Assembly (NCBI GenBank): GCA_000165425.1
Contig: CT868676.1
Span: 66,981-130,980, forward strand
Length of the DNA: 64,000 nt
Direction of reading: 5' to 3'
DNA from: Paramecium tetraurelia
Taxonomy: Eukaryota
Shown: one piece after another, positions 1 through 13,260 of the stretch
How the letters are laid out: each line of letters starts with the position of its first letter
Numbering within the stretch: the first letter of the stretch is position 1
Position numbers and translations under genes: made by a program
Notes under the pieces: model-generated
Told to the model about the DNA's origin: nothing
Databases searched by the model: none
Seen by the model: only the letters and a program-made list of their open reading frames with translations

Positions 1-380
1 CTAATTTTTAATAATATCAATCTTATTTAGATTCTGTGCAGGATTACTCCTAGTTCTATAAAGAAGATAAAATCAAGATCTTAGAATTAGTAGTTAGCAA
101 TGAAAAGCTCTTAGTTTTTATCTTCTAGAAGCTATTTCCTAATCACGTTAATTTAGTTCTTTAATCAATAAAAGAGGATACAAATCTAAAAAGCTACTTA
201 GATCAAAATCTTAAGAACTCCATTCCAAATCATCAAAATACTGAAGAGATTATTAATTTAAATTAACTAGTGACAAATTATAAGGTGGAAGCCTCTAAGA
301 CGGCAAGAGAAGTTAGATCAGTGTCTTTAAATAAATAATTAGAAGTGAGAAGAGGTAAATTACTATTTAAATAATTTTGA
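1..380 (+). CDS. 3' end of a hypothetical protein, truncated by the window edge
   Basis: Open frame in the ciliate code (DSVQDYSQFYKEDKIKILELVVSNEKLL...RRGKLLFKQF) ending at TGA 378-380, followed by AT-rich spacer. Confidence 0.55.
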
Positions 381-606
381 ATTCATGATGTACTTTAACA
401 ATATTCTATTTTAATTAAGGATTTGGAGTATTTTATATTAATTTTTTTAAATATTTTAATGTTCCTGAAATTCTACAAATTTTATTAGTGTGTTGAGTTA
501 AATAAAATTAATAAACTTAATTGTTTTCGACTATCTGCTACTCCAATCCTATAGAATATTTTTTTATATTAATATAAATAATAAAATAATAGCTCTTCAA
601 TTAAAT

Positions 607-1579
607 ATGAGTTAGTATTGCATATATGAGGATCATAATGAAGGAACAATTATTGGAGTTTGCACAAAATTAAATTGCAAATATATGGGAGCATCATGCA
701 GTACTTGTTTGTAATCATTCCATAACAAACATTTTTAAGAGTTTTTTTTAGATTTCAAAGGTTTATTACAAAATTGGTAATAGAAAATTAAAACTTATTG
801 TAAATTAAAAAGTCTTTAATAGCAATTTAATAGACTTAATATTGATTTAGATGATATGATTGTTAGATTCAACATAGAAGTACAAGAATAAAACTTTGAA
901 CATTATACACTATAAGAATTAAAAGCATTAACCCAAAAATTAGCATATCTAGGTTTAATAGAACAATATATAAATCCCTTAGAAGATTTAATTTAACGAA
1001 TGCATGCTTAAATCAAGTCTGTGAAAGATTTATCTCTCATTTAATTACGATTCTCTAACGAACTCAAGTCTGATAATATTGTTCTTAACATTCAAGGAAG
1101 TATTGCATCTACTTCTGATGAACACTTAGGCTTAGTTTTATGCGAAACTGGGGTTAATAAGGATTCGTAAGTGTAAGAATTTACTTTTAAGATTTTGAAA
1201 ATGGATTGGATGGCAATAGGAATTGGTCACAAAGATCATATCCAATGCAATAAAAAAAAATTTGATATTTGGGAGAATTCTTAGCACGGGTAGAAATTAT
1301 AAATATCTAAGATGCTACCTTATCGATTCAATTGGAAAAGTATTCTCTCCTGGAGATAATAATAATAAGAAAAACAATTTTAGTTTAAAAATAAATGATA
1401 TTATAACAGTTAAGGTAGATAAAACTAACAAAAATGTCTTATGGACAGATTAAAACAAGTAATAATTATCGGTAAAATTTGTGGAATAATCTTAGATAAT
1501 GGAATTTGATGTTAGTTAATGTATCTGTCCTGTGGTTTGTCTTCGCAAGTCTGAGGTATAAGTTATTTGTTAATCTTGA
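607..1579 (+). CDS. B-box-like zinc finger + coiled coil + SPRY/B30.2-like protein
   Basis: N-terminus MSQYCIYEDHNEGTIIGVCTKLNCKYMGASCSTCLQSFHNKH gives C-x4-H-x8-C-x4-C-x6-C-x2-C-x4-H-x2-H. C-terminal FTFKILKMDWMAIGIG...GCYLIDSIG...NDIITVKVD...CPVVCL is SPRY-like. 22-nt intron at 1290-1311. Confidence 0.65.
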
Positions 1580-1826
1580 ATCAGAATTTATTTCATATCA
1601 AATTAATAAAGAAATAATTTTATTCTTCATTCTAATATATCTACTGGTTTTGATATCTGATATAAAATTGATCGTTAATAATAATAAAATTACAGTCTTC
1701 CTAAATAAGACATATGAAGAACGAGTTGAAGCAAAATAATAATTTGTAAATTGAAATAATTAATATTGTTAATATATTAATTATTAATGGTTATTATATT
1801 TATATATTAACGACTTGTCACTAATT

Positions 1827-2705
1827 TCAAAATAAAATTTGTTAATTTGATTCCTCTTAATACGAGTTTTAGCTTTGTTTTTTCGGTTGGACCAAAGCTT
1901 TATAGTGTTCTTGCACTAATATTTTGTATTTTTGTTTTTTTTGTTTTTTCCTCTTAAAGCTATTGCGAGCATTTATGAACCAATTTAATATCTTAATTAA
2001 AAAATTTTAATACTTTCTTCTTCGATAGTTGTGTTTTATTGATTAATTTTTTGATTTCCATCTAATTTGGGTATGGATAACAATAATTGTGTAAATACCA
2101 ATTCTTAAGTATTAAGTTTGTTTTTGTTGGATATACTTTTGAAAATAAGTCTAATAATGTATATATATGAATTCAATACCTTATGAACTTTAAATTAGTT
2201 TAAGTTTTAGAATGTCCTAAAACAACTTAGTTTTGTTATTCAATTATTCAAGAGCTTCTTCGAAAAATAGGTTTAACTATTAAGAAGTCATGAAACAGAT
2301 CGATTTGATATTTCCAAATTATTAACGAAGTTGGGCAAAGTATTAAGCAATGTATTTTTCAAATTGTTCGAATTATAATAAGTCCTTGTTCATATTGTGT
2401 TCGTTATCATGGAGTTGTGAGTTATCAGTTTGTAGTTTCTCATTTTACTACATTTACTCATGTTTACTATAGCTTAAACATTAGAAAAATGTAGATTCGA
2501 GCTTTTGTATTTTGATTTGAATATCCTCATACTTTCCATTATTGATCTTCTGAAAAAGATTGAGATTTATATGTTAAGGATTATCATCAACTTGAATCAT
2601 TGATATAATTAATTTACCACACGAATCAATAATACAATTTAATATAGAGGAATAATTATGATGAATCTTTATAATTAATTAAAGTGAATCAAAATAGCGA
2701 TTCAT
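1827..2705 (-). CDS. TALE-class homeodomain transcription factor
   Basis: After removing introns 2151-2179 and 1992-2013 it reads YPTKTNLILKNWYLHNYCYPYPNQMEIKKLINKTQLSKKKILNWFINARNSFK, with the PYP loop extension and WFINAR helix 3. Start codon less certain. Confidence 0.8.
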
Positions 2706-2805
2706 AATAAACTCTATCTCCCAAAGCTTTAATATATCAATATCTAATTCAATAAAGAAGACTACTTCAATTTAATTAAAATAAAAAATTTATATCATAG
2801 CTTAT

Positions 2806-3129
2806 ATGATTTTGTCATTCCTTATAATCATTTTCTCTTAAACTTCCCCGACTTATCTTACAATTGCCTTAAAATTTTCAAATTCAAATGATAATAAACC
2901 AATTGATGACTGGTTAGCGTTTCATCTTTAATTTGATTTCAGAGAATTGATTACATAGAAAAATGCAAATACCAAATATTATGCCGCATAAACACAACAA
3001 AAATTTAAGCCTCTGTTTCAAAATAATTCAATTTTGTATCCTTTTGTTTTTAGACTTCAAGATTTCAACATAAAATAATCAAGATATTTTCCAAAATTTG
3101 TATAAAAATCTGTTTATTAAAAATAATGA
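2806..3129 (+). CDS. Possible small hypothetical protein (107 aa) with a hydrophobic N-terminus
   Basis: Uninterrupted ATG-to-TGA frame MILSFLIIIFSQTSPTYLTIALKFSNS...; no family recognised, could be a chance ORF. Confidence 0.3.
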
Positions 3130-3399
3130 ATAATATATATTATTTATTAATAATGCATTATTCTACAATTTAAACATCATATAAGGTCATATTATTATAG
3201 AATAAATAATTTTTTAACATAATTTTATGTAACTTATATAGTAATAAATTTATGTATTTGTAATTCACTTTGTTATATTATACAATGAGAATTATAAAAA
3301 AATTAATACTCTATTAAAAATAAATGGTTGTAAAGGAGTGATAGATGATGAAGAGACTTTCAGTTTGCCAATATATCTTATTAATATAGATTTTTTAAT

Positions 3400-3744
3400 T
3401 CAATACATGTCATTGACTTCTAAAATTCTAATCCTCTTCTTTGGTTGTTATTGCTGTTATTGTTGCTAAATTGGTTGAGCTTATTATTATGGTTTTAATG
3501 GTGATATTGTTTGTTGAGCTATCCCTGACTATTATTGCTTTAAGGATTATGTTATTAATTATGGAATAGCTTAAACTGAAGAACATAGTGGAGATTATTT
3601 CTCTATGATTTTAATTTCTTGAGGAATTGGGGATGTTTACTGTTATGGCTTATACTTTGGATATATATATTTGAGATTCATTTATTTCTAAAACTCCCTA
3701 TTCAGTTAAGACCTAACATGATTCTCTTTTTCTATTGTATTCAT
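3400..3744 (-). CDS. Small Q/P-rich hypothetical protein (about 114 aa)
   Basis: MNTIEKENHVRSQLNREFQKQMNLKYIYPKYKPQQQTSP...QQQQQQQPKKRIRILEVNDMY*. A possible extra intron could extend the C-terminus to about 3265. Confidence 0.6.
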
Positions 3745-3784
3745 ATAATTTTTATTAATATTTATATTAATTAATTTAACATTT

Positions 3785-6700
3785 TCAGATTAAATCTTCA
3801 TCACTGCTATCATCATCGACGTTGAACTGTTTATCCATTAATTATTGTAAATTTTCATCTTATGACAACGATAAATCATTTCTATTAGGTTACAAAATAC
3901 TAATCTGAGATTAGCTCTAATTTTGGGAAAAAGGTACAGAATTATTGAAGTTTGGTTGATATGATTATTAGACCTAATACATTTGCGAGGATGAATTAAT
4001 AAATTTAGGCAATGCTGTTTGTTTTGTTTGTGGTTGCTATTGTAGCTATTGAAATTGTTAGATCTATTATTATTATTGTTGCAACTATTGAAGTCTTTGA
4101 TTGATTTATTGCTATTATTGAATTTATTGCTCAAATTATTATTAGAAGTTCTACAAGGGTTGGGGCTAGAAAATATTACTAGAGGAGACAGAGGATGTAG
4201 TAGACTATTTATTAATTGGACTCATTGAAAGCATAGGTTATTGTGGTTAGGGGAATGGCAAAGGAGGTTTAGAAATTGGTTTTTGTAATTCTTAAACCAC
4301 TTCTCTTTGTTAAGACTGTTTCAATATCTTTGATTGCTATTCTTTCTATTTCTTTTATTCTTCTAGAAGTCTTACTAATTGATAAATACAAATATATACT
4401 TCCTTCTTTAATCTAGATATAGTCTTGTTAAATAGAAGTCATTGACTTTTAGCTTAATTGCGACAACAATGGCTTTTATTATTAAGGTTAAGGCTAATCA
4501 GATATTACCTTCTAACTACCTGTTTCCTTTATCGATATGGGAAGGCATTGTTGTAAAAATCTTGAATGTTAATATAATAATATTACTTATCAAATCCTAA
4601 AGAAAATAGCTTCTCTTATGACAATAGGTAGTAATATTCATTGAAATCAAGTTTGAATAACAAGAACTTTAATTTTTCCTCATTTTAGAGATGCTTAATC
4701 AATTCCAAGGTTTATTCTCTATACATTTGTCTCAATTACAATAGTAATTTAATAATTTCTTATCCCTTAAATTATCTATCAATATTGATGTTGTATGAGG
4801 GTGTAGTTTTATGCGAGATTATTGAATCCAATGATTACTCAAATTTATCACTTCTATCTTGTGCCACCAATTCTCTTACATACAGAAATAGATTTTCTAA
4901 GTTCTACTTGTATCTGAATGATATTTCGAATAGTTTTAGTAAGATGATCTGAATTTCTTCTTGTTTTTAATGTAAAAATGTTCTATCAATGATTTCATTC
5001 AACAATTATTCATGCAATTATATGAGATGATCTAAATTTTCTATTTAATTAATTTGATCCATGAATTTTTTCCAGGGAGTCTCAATTGCATCCAACATTA
5101 AATAACTAAAGAAATTCTTAATAAAATGGATCATTGAATTCATGATTTACAGACTCAAGTTAAGAGCCTTATTTACATTAGATTTTGCATTTAAGTGATA
5201 TTTATTTTTAATTTATTACATCCATGATTAGATGAGAGTATGTTCAACTCTTTTAATACGCCATAAATAATTGAATATTTTATAATAATTTAGCATAGTT
5301 CTATGATTGAAGATTGTTTTTAGTGGCTCTTCGAATTCATAATCTAAACAAAAGATATCCCAACCAATATCATTTTTCTAGGCTTCCAGCAATTTGACTG
5401 ACAATCTCTATTAGATTATCGAATTGGCATTACTCAACCTGAGTGTGGATTCTACCAAACCAGTCAATGTATGTTTATACACTAAATGAGCATTTTTTGA
5501 CAATTCTGTATACAGGGTTTCAATCAATAACTAAGAGAAATTACCATTACCCAATAGGAAATACTATTTAATCATCTTAAAATGGTCCATTAATTTGAAT
5601 TTATCAAATAATAAATTGACTAATTGTGTATTTGTGTTTTTGTTTGCTTGATTAATTAACTATGATAATTCCTTGGTCTAAAGCATATTGATAGTCAATG
5701 GCTGTATGTCCAAATACCAATTCTTATTATCGCATTGTTTTCTCAACCAATTTATTGCCCTGCCCGTGTCATAGATCTTATATGCTTCATCATATGAAAT
5801 AACAACTGGGACTTTATCATAATTAATCCTATATTATTTTCTCCACAACTCTCCTTAATCCTTAGTCAGTACCTTTTAATCGTCTCTTTCTATAAAGAAT
5901 TCATTTGCAATATCTAGGAGATTGCCTTCAAACATCCATTCATTTATGTACTTCATTAATGGCTAACAACTTGCCTATTGTAAGCGCATAAATAATTCTG
6001 CTGTCTAAGAACACCCATGTTTTGAAAATTGCTCCAATACATTGATGATTAAACAGGATGTGGTTCCAAGGGGATTGCTTGTTTAGATTATGGAAAGTAA
6101 TTGATTAATGAACAACATATAGTCATATGAGGATTGGAGATGGAAGTGAATTCTCTTAAAAGTTATCACTACATAGTATTAATAGTTTACATTACGATGA
6201 TAGGATTAACCCCTCAAGATTTGCTATCAATTTGTAATATTCAGACAATTCCAATTTGATTACATTTTGAAGTGCCTAGACTATCAGATTTGATTGTTGT
6301 ATTTAACAAAAAGAGGAGATCTTCTTGAATAGCCAACCGCATTCAGAAATCAAGTTTACTAATTGACGCACTGATATTGACACATTCACATCTTTCCTTA
6401 GACAAAATGAGTCTGTGGATGCATCATATTAAATGTATTAGCCCTCTATTCCTTATAGACAAAATAGTAAATCTTTCATCAAATCTCTGTCATTCACTTC
6501 TTAAGCAATACTATTCTAAATTTATATAATTTCTTACTTGTTATCTCTCTACTATCACACTTTTTATTAAACTGTTTTCAATTTTGTTGATTGTTTGATT
6601 TGTTGTCTATTGATTTTCAATTTCCATTGATTACTTCAAGTGATTTGAATTTTCGAAAATGGGCTTTACTTAACTGTTATTCAAGATCTCTTATTTTCCC

Positions 6701-7010
6701 AACTAACTTACTCTGATTACAAAGTGAATAATTTCTTAATTTTTTTGAATTGTTGATTTTTTCAATTTGGATATGCATTCTCTCAATCTACTTTAAAGTA
6801 CTTTCTATTTTAATAGCATTTTACATATACATTCTCAATCTCATTGATTTCCTTCTCTATTACCATATCATCCATTTCTGAATATTTTGTTTTGAGATTC
6901 AAAATCCTATACAAATATGACTTGTAATTTATTAGAGTATTTTCTTCCGTTTATTAAGGAAAAGATAGTCTGACCAAATCAAACACACTTTTTTGGGCAT
7001 TAAATTCCAT
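3785..7010 (-). CDS. GCP3: Gamma-tubulin complex component 3 (Spc98/GCP3) with Q-rich C-terminal tail
   Basis: GRIP-domain motifs LMKDLLFCLQGIEGQYI, LSEYYKLIANLE, HLKMIKQYFLLGNGNF, GWDIFCLDYEFEEPLKTIF...YYKIFNYLWRIKRVE and LLFKLDFNEYY; several tiny introns. Confidence 0.9.
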
Positions 7011-7181
7011 CTTAATAAATACTAATCAATAATATATATAATTATAATGTTATAAAAATATGTAAATTTGGCTTCATAATTTAAATTATCCCTCATTAAA
7101 TCAGTGTTTGATTTAGAAATTGGGCGCATTTGTAGAGAGAGTAATAGATCCAATAAACTTAATTGATTAAAATATCACATT

Positions 7182-8976
7182 TCATTTAATCACAATTTTT
7201 CTATGAGTAATAAATTAATCTTTCTCTTATTATTATTGACTGTGTCTTTCAGTAAGAAAATTCAGACGTTTATTTTCTATTTAATATATAATTAGTTATA
7301 AATACAGAGTTCTTCATCTAAATGAGGTTCATTATTATTTAAGTTTTAAAGATTCAATTTGAAATCAAATTTTTTATGATTTTGTATAGATTGTGTGGCC
7401 AACTAAATGTACTTTTTAACAATATCATCAGTTTTCTGTGTGTTAATGTTCAGCACTTTAGATTGGCTATGATTTCCCTATTACTAATGCTACGATTTGG
7501 TGGCTAAATCTAGTCCCATGTTCTTCTTGGCATATTGAGATTTGGCTTTGTTGTTATTGCCTATTTTGAAAGTGGACATCGCATTATATTAGGATGGTAT
7601 CATGTAATTGAATTCAGGTTTCTTCTAGGATTCAGCATTCTATGAACTTTTGATTTTGATGTCATGCAATTTGTTAAACAAATCTTCAGAAATGGGCAAC
7701 TATTTCATATTTCTATCAGTCAGACATCCCCCCTTTGCAATTTTATCCAATTGATTCTAGTTTATTTTCTTTTTTTAAGCTGGTTAATATACTTTCTTTA
7801 ATTATTCTTGTCTTTATGATATATTTTATATACTACCATTATTGTTATTTTGATCTTATTTACTGCTTTTTTAAGAACCTTAAAATCCCTATATAAGAGT
7901 AGATGTACTTGCAACTAATAAGTCTTATGATATAGTTGATCTTAATTGTCTGATTTGATTGCCTTAATATTCCTTGAGCATCTTTTAGACTGTGAAATTA
8001 TCATTCTATATTCGAGACATCTTATTCTTACCTTCCAGATCAGAGGGTTCAATTTATCCAGAGACATAATCGCAAAGTTGATCACCTTATTAATCCACCG
8101 AGTCCTTGATCCTAGACATCTTGAAACTCGATTGGGAATGCTTTGATTCACTCTTGGAATTAGCAAAAATTGCTATGGAATAGATATTTAATCGAATTAC
8201 CCTTTTTCTCCCTGAGGTCCATGTTATGGGTTCTTCTCTTGGCGCTTTTCATTGCATGAAGATCCTTAATGAGATTGGTTTGTATGTTTTATTGACTTTG
8301 GGTAGGAGATTTGATGTAAAAATTTGGAGGCAGTAACTTATTTTTGTTGGTTATTTTATTTATAATTTGGTATTACTTGTCCAGCATTTCAAGAAATAAG
8401 TTACTTTCTTCAGGATTATTGAGGAGAGTTATGCCTTTGAAATCGATGCGACTCTATTTCTATGGTTGATCCTCAGAAGAATAGATGTCGTGTTCTACTG
8501 TTTCATAACTGATTTGAGATTTTGATGATAGTTTTGAATTGAGTACATTATTTACAACAACAGGATTCTAGGATTTATTGGAATTTTCACTCTCTTGCAT
8601 TCTCTAATAATAAAGCTTGTCAATTTTCTTGTTTCTTTTGGCCATTAAAGTATGACTCTCAACAACTAGTAAATAAGGGTGAGCCTCTTTGTAATTTGTT
8701 ACGTAAAAGTCAATCAAAATGTCAAGTCTTGGTTTGACTTCTTCTTTCTTATAATATCTACATGTTAAGGAAGTTCTACTACCTTTTCATGTATTCTTAT
8801 TATTCATCTAATATCACATAATCCTTATAATAGATTACATGAGGAGTATTAGCAATTTATGATAGAATTTCATTGATTGGCTTTGCAAAATAGAAGTTGA
8901 AGGCTTCGAAATACTTTATTTGTAGTTTCTCAAATATCAGCTGTTGTGAACTCTATTTGCACAGTTTGCAATTCAT
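7182..8976 (-). CDS. Hypothetical protein, probably a ciliate-restricted family, with low-complexity C-terminus
   Basis: MNCKLCKQSSQQLIFEKLQIKYFEAFNFYFAKPINEIL...YYKDYVILDEQQEYMKR|YYKKEEVKPRLDILIDFY; canonical tiny introns; TGA at 7182-7184. Confidence 0.7.
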
Positions 8977-9011
8977 TAATTTTAATCTAAAATATAAATT
9001 AACTCAAAGTT

Positions 9012-10053
9012 ATGAAGAAATTGATGAGTAAACTGAGTGATCTAGATATAAATAGTTTCAGAATTTCTAAATTGACCTTACATGAATTCAAAATTTGCAA
9101 ATAGAGGATAATTTAATCATAATTTAAATCAACTCTTTCAAATTTAATAAACTAGAATTGCTTTATAAAGATAAGATGATATTTTAACCAAATTATTTGA
9201 TTAGTATAAGATCATAAAGGAAATCAGAAATACTCTTAGAAAAACCTATTATATTAATTTAAAATTGTTGAATTTATTATATGATAAAGATGTAGTTTAG
9301 CGAAGCAATAGAATAGATTAATTATCTTGTAAAAAATCATGGTTTGTTTTTGTGAGATTATTAGCCATTAGCCTAATAGATATAAATAATTCACTTAATG
9401 GATTAGATATATATGTTTCGATAATTTTCAGAAGTTTCAATATGTTTCTTTATCCTTCTTAAGTTTTTTCAATAAATGTAGATATACAACTAAAACAGAG
9501 AGAAGAAGAGATAAGATTAGAATCAAATAATATCGGTGAGTATATCAAAAATAATGTTTCTAATTTATAGAGGTTTTTTATATTTTAGATTTAACTGAAT
9601 AAGTGTTTTTCAACCAAATATTATGGCTTCTGATAATAAATAGTTTAGATATAAACTGATAGTGTTTAAGAGAATGCTTAAATAAGTAATAAAACTAAAA
9701 TAATTTAATTCTTACTTACCTATTACATCAACTTGGTTTGTACATAAAATGAATAGAATATCTATTTATAAAATTTCATTTACAAAAAGTATTCTTAAGT
9801 TTATTGAATTGATTCTTGATCAACTGAAAAGGAGAATATTGTGATGTATTATAAATCAAATTTTTGAGACTCATTTAGATTGAATAAGAATGTTTATCAA
9901 ATATTAGGAGACATGAAAGAGTTGTCAAAGATTTTATAATTTCAATTAATGAATGATTTTTCAATCAAACTTGCTATTAAAAATTGTAAAGGTTAAAAGG
10001 AAATAGATTAGTTCATCTCTCTAAGTGATACACATGTATGTGCTCTAGCCTGA
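9012..10053 (+). pseudogene. Coding-like interval with no coherent gene model; possible decayed gene
   Basis: Protein-like open stretches (for example from ATG 9082) broken by TGA or frame changes; no family recognised. Confidence 0.2.
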
Positions 10054-10099
10054 ATCAAATAATTTTGATTAATTATTAATTTATTTTTCTTATATAATA

Positions 10100-11222
10100 A
10101 TGTCCAACAGAATTACAAAAACAAAGTGCCCTCAACCAAATAACCAGGGCAAAACTGACAAAGACTTAATGAAATATCACATTTTATAAAAGATCAACAA
10201 ACCCCTAGTTCCTGAGCAATAAATAATAATAAAAACTTAACCTGATGAAGAATTGGAACCTGAGGATTTTAAACAAGAGATTGAATTTAAGTACTTACAA
10301 AATCATTTACTAGATATAAGGATTGCCAAATTAATCACACATTTATTTTCCCTAAGGAAGATTATGAATCCTCATCTGATAATTCTCTTTAATCTCTTAA
10401 AGATACTACAATTTACAATCTTAACTGCAACAATATAGAGCGGTTGACTGATGCCACATCTCCCTATTTTATGAAGGCTTTGAATGAGAAGCTATTGAAA
10501 TTAGCCGAATCCATCGACGATGATCCTACCCAATAAAATACTATACAAAAATTCAATACTGCCAATCCAAAACAGACAAAGTTCTTATTCTCCTCTATTA
10601 ATAGTCAATCGAAATCTCATTGTTAGAATCAATCCAGCACATCGATAAGCAGACTCATTGATCATTACATGATAAATCTGAACACAATGAGTTAGAATGG
10701 CAATCAAAATCGAGATAGTGTAACTCATAAAACGTAAAAGAACTTGTACTTCAGAGCCACTCCCACAATATCATCTGAAAAGAAGAAATAATCGAAGAAG
10801 ATATTGCAAATCTTAAAGTTTACTCAATAACGCAAAATCAATAATTCTACTAATAAGTATTGAATATGCAAATAGTGATAGCAATACTTTCAATAAAAGA
10901 ACTACCTAAATTAATAGTTACTCTTTTAATAATACACAAAATATATTTTTGAATGGAAAAAGAAATGGCGAAAACATGAGAATTAAAACAGAATAAGATG
11001 ATTTTGAGGGAAGTTTGTAAAAGTTTCAAATTATTCCAAAATCAAGGTAAGCTCTGATTATTAAATCTAAGATCTAAAGTTAGAGAACACGTAACAAAAT
11101 TCAAGAAACTTGAAAGTTCCTAAGAATGTAAGATACTCAATTATACTATGGATAATCACTTATTAGAATAGCTGGGTGTTGGAAGGAACGCAAAGAGTCA
11201 AAATAGAAGTTACAAGGTTTGA
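10100..11222 (+). CDS. Hypothetical protein
   Basis: MSNRITKTKCPQPNNQGKTDKDLMKYHIL...; the frame is maintained through about 3 tiny GT-AG introns to TGA 11220-11222. Confidence 0.65.
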
Positions 11223-11309
11223 TTATATTATTTTTACTTCTATTAATTTTCTCATCACATTGTTATAATTTTAATTTCTGAATAATTAATTAGTATTAGA
11301 AATTAATTT

Positions 11310-12194
11310 ATGAATCCCTTTGTTACTGATACCTTATCAATGGCATAGATCAAATCCATCAACTCCAGAACCATTAAAATAGACAATGCAACCGATGTAC
11401 CTAAAAATATAAAATCCCTCCAACAAATATAAAATTCACATGGCATATACATACTATATGCAACATCTTAAGTATTCATCATTTCCATTTCTTCAGGAAG
11501 CCCAAGAAGCATAACAGCAGTTGAACACTCAAAAATTTCATGCCACCCTAGTCAATGAAGTCGAGTAGGAAGTCTACACTATTAGTGTACTTAACATTCC
11601 TCACACAACCAATCAATAATTGCAATAAGCCTTTTCAATATTTGGCGATATTGCTTACATCACTATATTGAAGGATGATGACGGTGAATCAAAAGGAGTC
11701 GGCTACGTGACCTTTCAAAATAAAGAGTCATATGATAAAGCCATCATTGCCAAGACTTTGATTTTCGAGGAAAACATTTTAACAATATTATAGAAATAGC
11801 CCATTCATGTCATGGAAAATAGATTCAAACAAATGAAAATTAGAAAACAGTAACTCGATAAGAAAAAGCTTAAGCACAATAAAATAGAAAATGTCTAAAT
11901 ATCACAAGTTGAAGTTAATTTAGTAATGCTAATCAATTAAATTAGGACTTAGAATTAAAGAATGAAATGAGAACAAGTGGAAGAATTATCAGAAAGAAAA
12001 TCAGAAAGATTAAATCCAAAGTTGGGGATGATGATTTCGCTTTAGTCGCAAAAATGAAATAATTTAAGAAAGGAATATAAAAGAAATAAGATTAATTCTT
12101 TAGAATTCCATCTTAATTAAAAGCTAAAAGAGAATAAAGAAAGTTAAAGATGGAATAAAATAAAAAGAAGGCAAATAAATTACATAAAAAATGA
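11310..12194 (+). CDS. RRM RNA-binding protein with K-rich C-terminus (possibly nucleolar, RBM34/Nop12-like)
   Basis: TISVLNIPHTTNQQQLQQAFSIFGDIAYITILKDDDGESKGVGYVTFQNKESYDKAI contains RNP2 and RNP1 (KGVGYVTF); two introns. Confidence 0.8.
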
Positions 12195-12293
12195 TGTTTA
12201 TAAAATATTTAAGAAATCTTTATTAATTAGTTTTACATATCTATTTATTATTTCTATATATTTATGATATCTAATTTGTTTTCATTAACTTCT

Positions 12294-13260
12294 ATGTCTA
12301 TGTGCTCCTTTTTAATTTAATAAAATTCAAAGCTAGCCTATCCATCATAACCAGTTGGGGCAGCATTAGCAAATAATTATATAAAAGAAGGGTAAGGTAA
12401 TATTATATATATATTGCAGAAAATTGGAAAACCTATTCTTAGCAAAATATTAGTTAATTGTATGATATTATAAAAAATCGCATTTTAGTTATGCAAAGGA
12501 AACAATAACTATACATATATATACTAATAATGATCATTAAAATATTCCCATAGAAGATAGACAGAAGAATTTATAAAATGAATACTTTTTAAAGGATTAT
12601 TTCTTAAATTGAATCTAATCTATGCAAAGTACCATTTTCTGTAAATAAAATTAGTTACCCAATAAAATTAATTAATATTCTCTTAATTAATAATCTATTA
12701 GTTTTCTTAATGGATTAAAGGTGGAATAATAGGAAATATTAATAGTTAATGCATGAAATTCTATTTATGTGATAATTACTCGTGAGATCAGCAGGATAAA
12801 AAGAATATAAGATGAAATTTCTAAACTAATTTAAAGGACCTTTAACGTCTCTTTTCTCAAATTAAACTTCTCTGTATCAAACTTTGCTGTTATATTGCAG
12901 CCTCACTAAATCTATAAAATCTGTTATGAACATCTTTGAAGAGATTTCTTTTGAATGTATAAAATAATTTCTTTGACCTACTATTGAACACCAGTAACTT
13001 TACACTATAAAATGCTTTAATAAGGAACACACTTAAGTAATGAAGATTTATTTGATATATTTTCTTCCTTTGTTTTTGGGATACAAATTCATAATATTTT
13101 CCCAAACTTTTAGTTTAACAACTTGGCACGGTTAAGAAACGTAGCACATCAAAATGCTTTTCAATTTATGCATACTGTAAGAATATCTAAGATTTCTTAA
13201 CACAACATATTTATTTATAAAGTTCCTAGTAAAAATTGATGTATTTTCTTTCCGATTAAT
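12294..13260 (+). pseudogene. Coding-like interval with an intact intron-like element; probable gene relic
   Basis: Protein-like start ...SKLAYPSQPVGAALANNYIKEGQ|ENWKTYSQQ with intron-like gtaatattatatatatattgcag, then loss of frame coherence. Confidence 0.25.

Noticed and set aside
3345..3420. ATGATGA C-box-like motif suggesting a C/D snoRNA
   Set aside because: No properly placed CTGA D box or terminal stem; the region overlaps or abuts the end of a minus-strand gene.
3838..4134. Asn-rich 98-aa ORF in the supplied track
   Set aside because: It is an off-frame reading of the TAA/CAA polyQ tail of GCP3.
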